Shown here piece by piece: positions 39,043 through 51,495 of a stretch of DNA of 64,000 nucleotides. Both the position numbers and the translations under genes were made by a program. Position 1 is the stretch's first letter, and every line of letters begins with the position of its first letter. This DNA comes from Hydrolagus affinis. Its lineage: Eukaryota. The stretch lies in contig JAAILG010001260.1 in the NCBI GenBank assembly GCA_012026655.1, positions 1 to 64,000 of the forward strand. The letters are read 5' to 3'. The notes beneath the pieces were generated by a model, which made no database searches, was not told the DNA's origin, and saw nothing but the letters and a program-made list of their open reading frames with translations.

Positions 39043-39400
39043 ATAAGAACGTAAAAAGTAGGAGCAGGAGTAGGCCATTTGGCCCCTTGAGCCTGGCCCG
39101 CCATTTAATAAGAGTGTGATCTTCTTTCCTAATTCCGTTTAACCGCCCTATCCCAATGTCCCTTAAACTGGTTAAAAAAAAACTGTTGATCACAGTCTTG
39201 AATGTGTTCAATGACGGAGCATCCATAGCCTTCCGGGATAGAGAATTCTATAAATTCGCTACCCTCTGAGTGAAGAAATGTTTTCTCAACTCAGTTCGAA
39301 AAGGCTGATCTTTAATCCTGAGACTATGACCCCTAGTTTTAGATTCTCCAACCAGGGGAAACAGTTTCACAACGTCTACCCTGTCAAGGCCCTTAATAAT
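39043..39400 (-). mobile_element. CR1 LINE 3' end
   Basis: Minus strand TRGHS, FFTQRVANL*NSLSRKAMDAPSLNTFKTVINSF; same family as 17184. Confidence 0.88.
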
Positions 39401-39841
39401 CTTTTAGGTTTCTGCTATGCAAATTGGCTGCTGCGTTCGCCTACCATACATAGTCACTGCAGTTTACTGTAAATCCTGGGAAGCACTTTGAAACATTTCA
39501 ACGTTGTGGAATACTAAGTGCAAGGACTATTGTTGTAATTATATATTTCGAGATGATTTAAAATGGAAAGTTGCTACATTTTTATTACAAGGGAGTCAAA
39601 AACAACGAGGGGCGTTATCAAATTACACCGATTTTTTTATTTGATGAACAGAGAGTTAGTTCACTCGGTGAGAAACGACATTAGTGGATACCAAATTCGA
39701 TTTCGCAGTATTTCTTAATCAAAAGATTCGAAAGGGAACTCCTTCCAGCAACAAACATTGAGAGAAACACAACTCCAAATCTTGCTGCAGCAATCCCAAA
39801 CTTGCTTACTTAAGAAATATTGCAAAATTCCTTCAATCAAA

Positions 39842-39972
39842 AAGCAAAATAACTGCAGATGCCGGAAATCTGAAATCAAAACCTGCTGCATGGGAACCTG
39901 CAGCAGGTCAGGCAGCATCTATGGAGAGAGGAATGTGAGTCAATGTTTCAGGTTGATGAACTTTCGTCCAAA
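39842..39972 (-). mobile_element. Penelope-type terminal repeat fragment
   Basis: ACTGCAGATGCCGGAAATCTGAAAT...CAGCAGGTCAGGCAGCATCTATGGAGAGAG...GTTTCAGG; homologous to 56950-57024; family assignment from recall. Confidence 0.6.
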
Positions 39973-40284
39973 CGCAAATCACGTTACATCCATCAAATCC
40001 ACTGCCACCAAAGTGTACCCTGATGCACTGGGACCGTTGCTTGGCTCAATACAGGCACTGGTGCTGACCCGCTGGTAGACATTGCTGGTCAGGCTTTGAA
40101 CCTTGAAGGTCAAGAAGGTTAACATACAAAGGCAACCTCGACTACCTTGGATGATGGAGAGAAAGGAGAAAAAAAAATGTTATGGGATCAAACCCCATCT
40201 CGGGAAGTTCAATTCTTTGAAGCTCTTCGAGACATCTCAATGACGCTATACCAAACACAAGGATTTGTATTATTTGGAGCAGGC

Positions 40285-40372
40285 AGATGGACGAGATGCT
40301 AAAGAGAGCTGCCAACGACTGTGGGACTGTTTCCACCTCAGGAGGGAGGAAGGGGAGAAAAATCAGTCAAAA
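40285..40372 (+). mobile_element. Possible LF-SINE 3' end fragment
   Basis: GAGAGCTGCCAACGACTGTGGGACTGT...CTCAGGAGGGAGGAAGGGGAGAAAAAT resembles the recalled LF-SINE tail. Confidence 0.45.
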
Positions 40373-41904
40373 TAAAAAGGCTGAAAATTGTATTGCAAAA
40401 TACAGCTGTACAAACGAAATATTGGATAGGAACCTAGGCGTTTATTGAGTGTTATTACACTCAAGAGGCAGTCTTACAAAACTCCCAGCTATATTATTCA
40501 CAAGTTGCAGAGTCAGCCTCTCTGAAATAATAAACAGTGTATCACTTCCTTTCTCTTTCACTGCCCGAAGCAGCCATTATAATGAGGGAGCTATAAAGAG
40601 TATCTCCATTATAAAGTGAAAAGTCAGCATTATATGATTATATACATTAATAATATATCTTCCGTTTGATACACCGCCTTATCACATCATTGAGATGCCT
40701 CAAAGTGCTTCACAGAATATACTGCGAAGTGTAGTGACTGTGTATTTTTGTAGCGCACAGTGAGCTCCATATTCAAGGCTAGTAAGGCAAGGCAACCTGC
40801 TCCAAGGCTTTTGTTAAATGCTTCTCTCAGGCAGGTGAGTAGGAATGTTCCCGAGGCAACCTCTGCCTAATACTCACCAAAATTGGGTGCGGAGTTCACG
40901 TCCCTCCACAGGAGAGAGTGTACATTCCACTCCGCACACGGGCAAATTTCACTGTGTAGGCAGAATACTTAACGTGAGATTCTCAGTCAAGTACAGATGC
41001 CGTTAAGCACAGTGATGGGTTTGCACATGCATCTCACACACCGAGCTTATCATAAAGCATCTTCTTGCCTTGCTGGCTTGGCTGAAACTCAGGTCAACCA
41101 GTCCTGGTCACAGAGCAGTGCAATAGTAACCAATAATACACTGGTCTAGGATTCCACCCTCTCGCTCCTCGCTCTCTCCCTTTTGCAACAAGCTGTCAAG
41201 AAACAGTGGCAATCCACAGTAAAAGAAAAGGCAATGTCAGCCAAATCATTCAGGACGCCATTTACCAGTTCATGTTACATGGATACACAAACAACTGCAA
41301 AAATAAAAGGCTTTCTACCCAATGGGAGATGTGTGCGTTCAATATCTACAGTGACATCAAGGCTATCGCACCAACAATGCCTCCAGGTCTCCCAAACATT
41401 ACTGAAAGGCTTTTTGAAACTGAAACCATGTCACACAATTTGTATTAGAGGGGAACTGGCTGGCAGGTTAAGCAGTCAGTCTCTGAGACTGCCCCCACCC
41501 CTCCTTCACCCACCCCTACCTGCCCACCCCATCTCCTAACAGGGCAATCAGGAGTGAAATTAAAGCCACACGCGAGGACTTTGCAACGCATTTCCTGGTG
41601 ATTATTTCAAAATTTGGAGCTGGCAGTCCGCAGTAAAACGCTCAATTATCTGCTCGCCCAGCACAGTGTCAATCTAAAAGCTTTCTATCTACCTATTCAT
41701 CCATCCATCCACCCATCCATCCATCCCATGAATTTATTTATCTACCGTCCAAACAGGATATATTACAAAGAGAATTACACGAGATACCAGAAGTGGCATG
41801 GACGCAATCCATTGGCCAAACCGATTATCTATTACTTTAAAAAAATTGCAGTCACACAATCCTCGCCTGTTTGTGGGACGCTGCCGTGCGCATTTGGCTT
41901 CGCT

Positions 41905-42065
41905 ATATAATAATAATAAGCCTTGCATTTGATATAGCGCTTTTCACGTCTTATCGACATCTCAAAGCGCTTCACAGAATATACTGAAAAGTGAATAGAC
42001 TGTATATTTTGTGGGTGAAATGCGGCAGCCAATTGCGCACAACAGTGTCCCACAAAACAGTCGTG
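41905..42065 (-). mobile_element. tRNA-derived SINE, 3' half
   Basis: Reverse-complement body with GATAA-loop tail. Confidence 0.85.
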
Positions 42066-43115
42066 AAGTATTTTGTTGTGAAAATATTCTTTGAAGCGCT
42101 TTCAGACGTCTCAACGATGTTGATGTAACGATGTGTACACATAACGTTACATCAAATGCAAGGATTATTATGATAAATATTAGAATATTGCAAGGATTAT
42201 TAACTAATTATTATCTTATTATTAATACCCAAAGGAGATCTTGCAGCTGACTATCTGACACTGACACTCCTCACTGCAGTTATCTCAAGATACCAATGTC
42301 TTATCTGTCTCATGTTCACAAACATCCCCATATCTTTTGGGGAAACAACAACAGATACTTTTTTTTACGAAATGGGGAATCTTCTGCGTCTGTACGTCAG
42401 GGAAATCAGAGATAGAGAGACAGAGAGAGAGAGAGAGCAGCTGAACAGGCAGGTGCCATTTCCTTCCTGATGATACCACATACAATGAAGACAAGTTTTT
42501 GATGCAAATATGTGCGCACGGAAAAATCGGTTCATTCAAGCGCTTCCAAATATTGTCAGTGGCTTTAAATTCCAATATCTCTGGAGTGTTGCATGAGGCG
42601 GATCAATTGGGAGTCCCAATAAGTTAAATTGGAACAAATCCTAATTACTTTTTTTTTAAAAGTCTGGAATAGTCCTCGTTCAGTGTCAGTGAGGTCAGTG
42701 TTCCAAGTTGCAGTCTGTGGGAACTGTTTTGGTGCCTCTTTGTCTGGCCCTCCGTATAACTGGAGTAAGGTTTCACACACAGCCTGAGGGTAAGCAAAAC
42801 AGCTGCAGGCAAACTGCAAGGTTCCTCCAATTACACACAGTAGAACTGGCGACTTTCGAGTGGAAAAATTTCGCTAAAAGCTAGGATTCTGCTCTTTGCA
42901 ATACAGTCCTGATTCACAGCAATGTGGCAGGCCAAATCACTTGGCCTTTTTGTTTCCCCACCCATCTCTCCAGAGAAGCTGCTCGTCCACCCGTCCGATA
43001 CAACGTGTACGATTTAACTCTCGACTCCTTTTCAAAGTCACGTCTGTGAGTTTGGTTTTTCTGACTCTGGACTAGTCCACCTTTTGCTGCGTGCAGATGT
43101 ACTTATATTTATATA

Positions 43116-43440
43116 GTAATAATAATAATCCTTGCATTTGATATAGCGCTTTTCACATCTTATCGATGTCTCAAAGCGCTTCACAGAATATACTGTGAAG
43201 TGAATTGATTGTATATTTGTGGGCGAATCGCAGCAGCCGATTGCGCGCAGCAGCGTCCCCCACAAACAGTTGTGGATTGAAATGACCAATTTTTATTATT
43301 GTGTGTTTTTTTTGGATGGATTATTGTTAGACATGTGGAGTAAGGAAACTTGCCCAAGGTTTCGCCCTGACCTGCCTGGATTCGAACACATGTCTCAAGC
43401 TTGTAAGGCGAGTGCTCTAACCACTGAGCTACAGGACTCC
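43116..43440 (-). mobile_element. tRNA-derived SINE, full length
   Basis: Ends CTGAGCTACAGGACTCC, the reverse complement of the head. Confidence 0.92.
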
Positions 43441-44514
43441 ACATAACAATAATAAGCATCATTGTAATAATCCTTGCAGACGTGATAAGGCGCAACATAT
43501 ATCAAATGTAAGAATTATTATTAGACGCGGTGCCTTATCACGTCTTTGAGATGCCTCAAAGCACCTCACAGAATGTACTGTAAAGTGTGGTGACAGTGTG
43601 CTTTTGTGGGCAATCACTTCACTTCACAGAATATCCTATGAAGCACTTTGACGTGAAAGGCGCTTTCTGAAATGCATGGATTACTTTTTTTTAAGAGATA
43701 TCTGCTAAACAGTCTTGAGAGGCGTTATAGTCAGTCGCTGGAACAAATTGTTAAGGAGAAGAATTCCTTCCCAGGGGCTTCCACATGTGTCCAGGTGGGA
43801 GATGTAGCACACACACACACATACCTGACAGTGAGGCATGAAGATTTCCGAGTTTGGAGAGTTGGATTACATGGTTCAGCTTGGCTCGTCAGCGCAAAGC
43901 ACTATAGTACTTTTGTATTCTGAAGGCTTTTGACCACTGCTATTCGATAAACAAAGGGCATGGTTTCAACGGCTACATTGCAACACATCTGTTCACCTGC
44001 TGACTTTGTGAGAGAACCATACATGCACAAATGGGGTGAGGTAGGGTGAAGTGGGGGAGAAAGACACACAAGCACAAGAGAACTGGGAACACTGAACTCA
44101 AAGGCACTGATACAGCTGTCTTATATTTCGATCGTTTAATTAATCTGTATGTGGAATTCTCCATTGGAAGCAACAGATGCCAAACTAACTAGAGGTTTTT
44201 TGGTGCTGAATCAGATTTTCACATAAATACAGTATTTTGTTCCAACACATTTTGACATCCATCTTTGGCTTGGAGGGTTCTGTTTGCTCGGTTATATTTT
44301 TTTTGCCTTCCAGATTTTTTTTTCGCACTGATGTACTCTTCTTTGTTTTCCTCCGCTGCGCTCAAGAGCGTTTGGGCATCAGGCTGAGATGTTGTTCCAC
44401 GATGGTCTAACCCTGAGTCTCGTGTCTAATCTTTAGGAGCAGATGGAAGCATCACAGCCTGGCTGATGCCACCCACTTTCAAGCAGATGATGTCCAGCCA
44501 TTAACTAGCCATGG

Positions 44515-44730
44515 TGCAGGCTGACACGCCAGTGTAGAGCTGGGGATGAGCTGCATTGTTTGAGGAGCCATCCTCGGGGGTGAGATGTTAAACTGAGGTC
44601 GTGTCTGCATTTTCAAGGGGATGTTAAAGACCCCATGGCACTATTTAAAAAAGGGAAGGGCATTTTGCCCAGTGTGTTGACCAACAATCCCCCAAATAAA
44701 ATTGATCACTCGTTTTCTGACTGTTTGGTT
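44515..44730 (+). mobile_element. DeuSINE (SacSINE1-like) core
   Basis: AGGCTGACACGCCAGTG, GAGATGTTAAACTGAGG, AAAGACCCCATGGCACTATTT. Confidence 0.72.
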
Positions 44731-44744
44731 AGACAACTATTTGA

Positions 44745-44992
44745 CCGTCTGCCCCCAACCTCTAGAACTCCATCCTGCAGTCCCTCCTCCTCGCCCCCCA
44801 TTCCCTTGCCTCCTTCAAGTATCGCCTCAAGACTCTTCTCTTCGATGGACCCAACTCCTAATCCCCCCCTCCCCTCCCCCACCCCCCCGTCCTCATCTCG
44901 GGTCTGAAGCAGTGACTGTCCAGTGTCTTGGGACGTCCTCCTGATGTGAAAGGTGCTATACAAGTGTAATTTTGTTGTTGTCTGTTGTTGTT
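44745..44992 (+). mobile_element. L2 LINE 3' end with terminal stem-loop and (TTG)n tail
   Basis: CTAGAACTCCATCC (decayed LWNS.P), 3'UTR, GGACGTCCTCCTGATGTGAAAGGTGCTATAC, TTGTTGTTG. Confidence 0.78.
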
Positions 44993-45339
44993 TGCAAATA
45001 TTGTGTTCGACAACAAATATCAAGTCACCAACACATACTATTCACACCCCGTGAAACTTTTGGAGACATTCCGATGATGTGATAAGGTGCTCATATCAAC
45101 TGTAATGATTATTCCTGTTATTATAGCGTGAATTTCTGCAACTTAAGCAATTATTTGGGATTTACTCAAGTGCAATGAATTAGAGGCAACATTTATATTC
45201 ATCAAATGCACGGATTATTGAAACGCGTTTTAAAACTTTCTAATAATAATCATCATTGCATTTGATATAACTCCTCATCGTGTAGTTGAGACCTCTCAAA
45301 GCTCTTCACCAAATATAATAAAATAATATAATAATATAA

Positions 45340-45678
45340 AAATCCATTTGATATAGTGCTTTTCATGTCTTCTAGACTTCTCAAAGCGCTTCACGAAATA
45401 CACTGTAAAGTGTAGTGACTGTATTACTTTATTAATGAAACACAGCAGCCAATTGCGCACAGCAGTGTCCCACGAGCAGTCGCGGATTGAGTGACCAAAT
45501 TTAATTTTTTTTGGGAGGGTTTATTATACCTGGAGAGCAATCCGCCAATCGACTAACAATCTGCTTAATGGTAGGTATATATACAGAGGCTTGTAGAATA
45601 AGGAAACTTGCCTAAGCTTTCGCCCTGACCGGGAATCGAACCCGTCTCCTCTCAATTGCGAGGCGAGTGCTCTAGCCA
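45340..45678 (-). mobile_element. tRNA-derived SINE, long/older variant
   Basis: Reverse-complement head (GGGTTCGATTCCC) and an extra segment containing TAGTCGATTGGCGGAT. Confidence 0.82.
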
Positions 45679-47819
45679 GGACACTGCAGGGATTGAGTCG
45701 GGATCTAATGAGGGATTGAGTCGGGACATGAAGAATATGAAAGGGGAAAAGCAGGGGATAGAGTGTATTTAGTTCCAGTCAGGGAGCGATCACCAGTATA
45801 AGTTCCATGAGCCAAATTAAGTGTTGATGAGACGTTAGCCTGGGATGCCGACACTGATCTGATACCCTCTGATGTTTTGATATGCTCAAATCTTGGCAAA
45901 CCAGCTCAAAGATAATTTTAACTTGATCCAAAGAATTGTCAAACGATAACAACTTGTACAGCCTATTTACATACGAGCCATTCAGGCCTGGCTGACAATA
46001 ACTCTGAAACAAGTGGCTAATATATTTCAGACATAGTTGCTCTGCTTTTTTTCCCCCCAATATATATATAGAGACTATAAATAACCGATGACTTTACAAT
46101 AGGTGGTGGCATGGTAAAAAGATTGTCTTCAGTCTATAAAGCTTCCTCGTAGAAGTTTATAATCGGGATTTAACAATATGTAGGAGACCAGATCATCACC
46201 TCTCAGTCTCAGTATCTTTGCCTGTTGCTCATTCATCCTTTACTCAGACAATTCCTCATCTCCATCCATCTGCTCGTGACTGAACAGACAAACAAGTTGA
46301 TCTCTTAGTGAGTCCCTTTGCTTCTAACCTGGTTCAGAGGTGCGGTGATGGTAGGTGGGGGGTAGGGGTGGGGGGGGAGCGAAAAACTCAAGAATGATCT
46401 CTCCCTTCCTCAGCTTGACACTCCATAAATCAGTCAGGAGAGTGAGTAACCAAACATAGTGGACATAGTTGGTGGATCGGAGACCTGGACCCCATCATAA
46501 CTCGAACCAGTGACTGGTTAAGGCAAGTCGCAATAGGGGGAAACATCTTAACCTTTACGCATGCTACCGGGTGAAGTATTCCCTAATCTTTACGAGTTAA
46601 CAGAGAATTCTTTGTGAGGTTATTTACCGCAAGTTTCAAATTTAGCTCGCGTTTGGCTACACTGTGCAGTTCGGGGACGGAATTACTCGGCAGGTTTCTC
46701 TCAGGCAGTAACATGCAAAACATATTTGGAGCATGCCAACCACAAACACATGCTGTGCTCAAGAATGTGTCTTGCGATTTGTAGAAGTCAGGCCCCTGGA
46801 GCCTTAATGGCGCTTGGCTCGAAAGAACTTTTTTGAGAACACTGTCTTGTGCGCGTAGCAGCGAGGCTTATATGTGACCATTTAGGCAGCTGTCTATAGG
46901 GTTGCTTAATGCATGAATGCACAATGTGCTATTCCCTGGCCTCAAATAAAAACGAATCAAAGGCACGCAGCGAGTGGAACTGCCATTAATTCTATGTATA
47001 GAACGGGGTCCAAAGCGTATTTGTCTCTTTATGTAGCAAAATTTACTATAAACTGTTTTAGTAAACAACAGTCATAGCCTGAAGCAGCTGTTCGAATCAA
47101 TCGGAGCCCCTCTCCCTCTTCCTCATCAGTCAGTGTCACCAGCATTCAATACATTTTTATTGCACGCGAAAACAGCCTGGCCGAGCATCAAGCCAGCCAC
47201 ACAGTTTATCAAATGGATGATTTATTGGCGTTCAGATTTAAAACTAATTTGTTAGTTTCACTTGATAATGATTTCCACATTGGAGGTTGTGCTTTCAGGA
47301 GAGAGGGAGATGGAGAGGGGGAGATGGAGACAGAGAGAGAGAGAGAAAATTATTATTTTGGAAGTTGCATCGATTTTTTTGAATCTAGTAAAGCGATCGT
47401 CTCCGGAAAGTGTTTTTTTATTATGATAATAATCCTTGATAAGCATCTCATCACATCATTGAGACGTCCCAAAGCGCTGCACAGAAAAGTGAATTGTCTA
47501 TGGATTTTATGGGTGAAATTGTATGAGCTAAGAAACGAGGGAAAAACCTGATGTTAGAGAATTTGGAATATTGGGCGAAATGACTTGGTCACTGAAAATC
47601 TGCAATCAGATGTGAACAATACTCAAGTGGATTATTTATTGGTATCATATTCCCCCCAATCCGCCAATGTGTGAGCAATTGTCTTTAGGGGAGGGTGAAA
47701 AATTGTGAGAGGCAAGGCTATAAAACATAATAATATAATAATTATCAAATGCAAATGATCAAATGCAAGGATTATTATTATAAAACATGGGAAATTAAAA
47801 GTCACGTGCATCAAAAATA

Positions 47820-47935
47820 ATAAAAATAATAATAATCCTTGCATTTGATAAAGCGCTTTTCACGTCTTCTAGACGTCTCAAAGCGCTTCACAGAATATAT
47901 TGTAAAGGGAGTTGACTATATACTTGTAGGCGAAA
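47820..47935 (-). mobile_element. SINE 3' fragment
   Basis: TAGAA-loop tail on the minus strand. Confidence 0.8.
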
Positions 47936-48064
47936 GTATAAAGTGCTGATGTGTGTCTGTGTTCCTGGGGAAATTGTGAAGGAAACTAACTTCAAAACTG
48001 CTTTTCACTGATGTGATTTGAGACTGCACACCTCTGCTCGGCACTAGGATTGTTCCAATTTCCC

Positions 48065-48164
48065 NNNNNNNNNNNNNNNNNNNNNNNNNNNNNNNNNNNN
48101 NNNNNNNNNNNNNNNNNNNNNNNNNNNNNNNNNNNNNNNNNNNNNNNNNNNNNNNNNNNNNNNN
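48065..48164. other. Assembly gap (100 N)
   Basis: Exactly 100 N followed by (CA)n; probably a placeholder of unknown size. Confidence 0.99.
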
Positions 48165-49049
48165 CACACACACACACACATCAATTCTCCCCTCACAGAC
48201 ACACACATGCAAGGTTCCTCACTTGTGCAAGCAAACACTGAATATACCCCTGAGAGAGCAGGTTGTTTTGTATTAGCTCACATGACAAGTGCTGCCAACA
48301 CAGGCCACAAAATAGACTCCAGACCCAATGACGTCAAAGACATTTGATCTTCACAGGGACACTATATCCCCCAGCATTAAAAATAAACTTTTAAACGACT
48401 CTGCGGAACCGGGAGACCTGGGCTTTAATCCTGGCCTCATGCTCACACACCCAGGCTTCCCCGACCAGGGAACAGATCAATGACCTTGGCCCCAACAGCG
48501 AGCAGATGGTTGGGAGGTCCTGGGTGTGTATGGTGTACCTGCCTTACTCTCTCAGCATCTCCAGCCAGAGCCACATTGATAGGATCTCTGGAGAAAGGCC
48601 AGGCTAGTCCATCCAGGGAGATAGATATTGCCAGAGGGAAGGGAGTGAGGGAAGGAATGAAGGGAGGTTACACTTGGAGGACAATGTTCCTTGGAGGACA
48701 AGGGGGTGAATAGTTCTTTTGACATAAATAAAAATCATTTGGTCATTCAATCCTCGACTGTTTGTGGGACACTGCTGTATGCAATGGTCTGAAACTGCGT
48801 TTCGTCTACTAGATACATAAGTCAATTTATTACACAATAAATTCTGTGTATATTGAAATGTCTCAAAGATGTGATAAGGTGCTACATCAAATCCGAGGGT
48901 AGATGAGACAAAATTTAGTCAGTTGAAAGATGACAGCATCACTCATTCATTCATTTCCGGAAGAAACAGCTAGAGGGTACGCTAATTAGAGAATATTTTA
49001 GGTAATGTATTCCCACCCGATGATGATGGATGGTTCCTCTAGATGAAAG

Positions 49050-49490
49050 ACTTTATGTTTGATATAGCACCTTTCACTTCAGGAGGATGTCTCAAAGCCC
49101 TTTACAAAATTTACCGTAAAGTGAGGTGACGGTATATTTTTGTAGGCAAATGCAATCGCTGATTTATGCACAGCGATATCCTACAAAGACAACCACAAAA
49201 TGAATGAGCAAATTAACCTGCGGGATTGATAGCTAGCATCCTGAAATAAACTCCCTACTCTTTTCGAATAGTGCTGATGGGAACTTTAATGCTGCCCTGA
49301 ACTGGCAGACAAGACCCCAGATTAATCTCTCATTCGTAGGACTACACCTCCAACAATGCATTATTCCCTTTCCCGCTGCACTGCAGTGCCGGCCTCGAAC
49401 TGTGAACCCAAAGTCTTGACCTGTGCCTTGAACAAGCTCCAATCTTTAGATTCAAAGGCCAGAGAGCAACCAACTGAACCAGGTTGACAC
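49050..49490 (-). mobile_element. Older DeuSINE (SacSINE1-like), near full length
   Basis: Tail, TTCGAATAGTGCTGATGGGA core, GCACTGCAGTG and decayed head, colinear with the 16710 copy. Confidence 0.7.
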
Positions 49491-49579
49491 AACGGACGAG
49501 CATCTTAACTTGGGTCAAGAGGGGAAGAATCAGATGACTGAGTAATTTCCGTTTGGCTTTTCCTCCCTCTCCCCAATTG

Positions 49580-49806
49580 AGCAAGTTTCCTTACTCCACA
49601 TGTCTAATAATAATCCCTAAAAAAAAGTAATTAAAAAAAATTGGTCATTTCAATCCACAACTGTTTGTGGGGACACTGTTGTGCGCAACTGGCTGCCGCA
49701 TTTCGCCCACAACTACACAGTCAATTCACTTGACAGTATATTCTGTGAAGCGCTTTGAGACGTCTAAAAGACGTGAAAAGCGCTGTATCAAATGCAAGGA
49801 TTATTA
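49580..49806 (+). mobile_element. tRNA-derived SINE, 5'-truncated
   Basis: Starts at GCAAGTTTCCTTACTCC; full tail. Confidence 0.9.
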
Positions 49807-51254
49807 CTTTGTTATTTTTTTTTAATTGACGCATAAACCATAACAGATAATTGCATAGGGACAGACAATAGAGGTTTACTGCAGGGTCTAACTCAGACTG
49901 AGAGAGAAATGGATCCAACTCAGACTGAGAGCGAAAACATGCTCCTCCAGACAGAATCTGGAGGAGTATGTGTGTGTGTGTGTAGGGGGTGGGGTGGGGG
50001 TGAAATCGTGAGTAAATTTACAAGTCTCTACAACCAAGGGCATATTACACCCATCAGCTAAGGCACTTTATTCTCTGCTAGTCTGTAAATTTAATGACCA
50101 TGGTGGTGTGATCTTACAATGGTTACTCAGTGAGTATACAGGGTTTCACTGTGAAAATTTTATAAAAGGGGCGGAGGGAACGAGGTGGTGGGGGGGAAGC
50201 AGTGGGAATGAAGGAAAGCCCGTGGGATGTACTTTCAGTTTAAGTTATTCCCTTCCACATACTGAGGAAAATAACACAGCAATAAAATGGTACTTTACTC
50301 GTGTCGAGGGCCCGTCCATTTTCTACTCTACTTCCCTCTGCGTTAGGGCCTCTTCGGCGACTTATGTTACAAAGAAGACATGCATCAGTGGCTTATTTTG
50401 CGAGAAGGAGCCCTGTCGTGTCCCAGAGGAGATCCATCTAGTTAATTGGGGCAGGTGCTTTGGTGTAGCCTGGGAGCTCATCCGGAACTGGCTGCCCTGA
50501 AACGCACACCAGCATTTGGGTAATCCTTCCTCCTTGTCACTGCTAAACACGCATTCCGCGGCTTTGGGATGTCTCCCGATCAGCTCTGGAACTCTGACCT
50601 ATCTCGTATCCCAACTGAGCAGCTCCGGGATCCTCCCTGTGACATACATCACCGAAGTGATTCAGGTGGTGTGGAAAAAAAACAATTCCCTTTCGCTTGT
50701 AAGCGAAACCACAACAGAAGAACAATGATTCTAACATCTAGGGGCTGCGCCTTTTGCTCTGTCTTAATCTTTCCCTCCTCCCCCTGCCCCCCGTCTCTGC
50801 CCCGTCGTTGCGTTAAGAGAATCATAATGTAAATCTAAACCAGATGGATAACTAATCTAAGAGATTTCTGGATTACACTGTTACAGTTGCAAAGATTATA
50901 AACACATTGAGGCACTGAGCAGTAATGGTTTGGCACATCTCACTCGCGATCGCTGACGGTCTGATAATAAAATTGGAACAAGATCTATCGTTGGACTCCG
51001 CCGCTTGCAACAGGTTCATGACTTCATGACAGGATTGTCGAAACAGGGTTGGCTGTGTCTTCATATGAGGCGCCCAGTGAAGTCCAGGAACAGCCTGCCA
51101 ATATTTAACATTAAGAATAATGGTTTTATGGGCAAGGCACCAGAAAACAACTAGCAAAAAAAAGGAGCTAAAAGGCCTGTGGGAGACGAGGAGAAAGATT
51201 TGGCTATGGAGTGAGTGACCAATTGTACACTTAGTGAATTGTTGGCAGGGACAT

Positions 51255-51495
51255 CACGAGAAACTCCCTTTGTTTCTTTTCGAACAGTGCCATAAGGTCC
51301 ATAACGTCCACCTGAACAAGCAGGCGAAACCACGGGTTAACATCTCATCTGAAAGAAGGCACCTCCGACAATACAACACCCACCCAACACCCACCTCCTC
51401 GTAGTGCGGTCTTAGACTATGTGATTGCAAGTCCTGACCTGGGGCTTTAACCCACAACCTTCTGACTCAAGGGTGTTGCACTGAGCCAGGCTAAC
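51255..51495 (-). mobile_element. DeuSINE 5' portion
   Basis: CGAACAGTGCCAT, ACGTCCACCTGA, TTAACATCTCATCTGAAAG, ACCCACAACCTTCTGACTCA, CTGAGCCA. Confidence 0.75.

Noticed and set aside
47916-48241. ORFs spanning the N run
   Set aside because: Artefacts of the assembly gap
48400-48600. GGGAGACCTGGGCTTTAATCC B-box-like start of another SINE
   Set aside because: Too degenerate and no second copy in the window to define it
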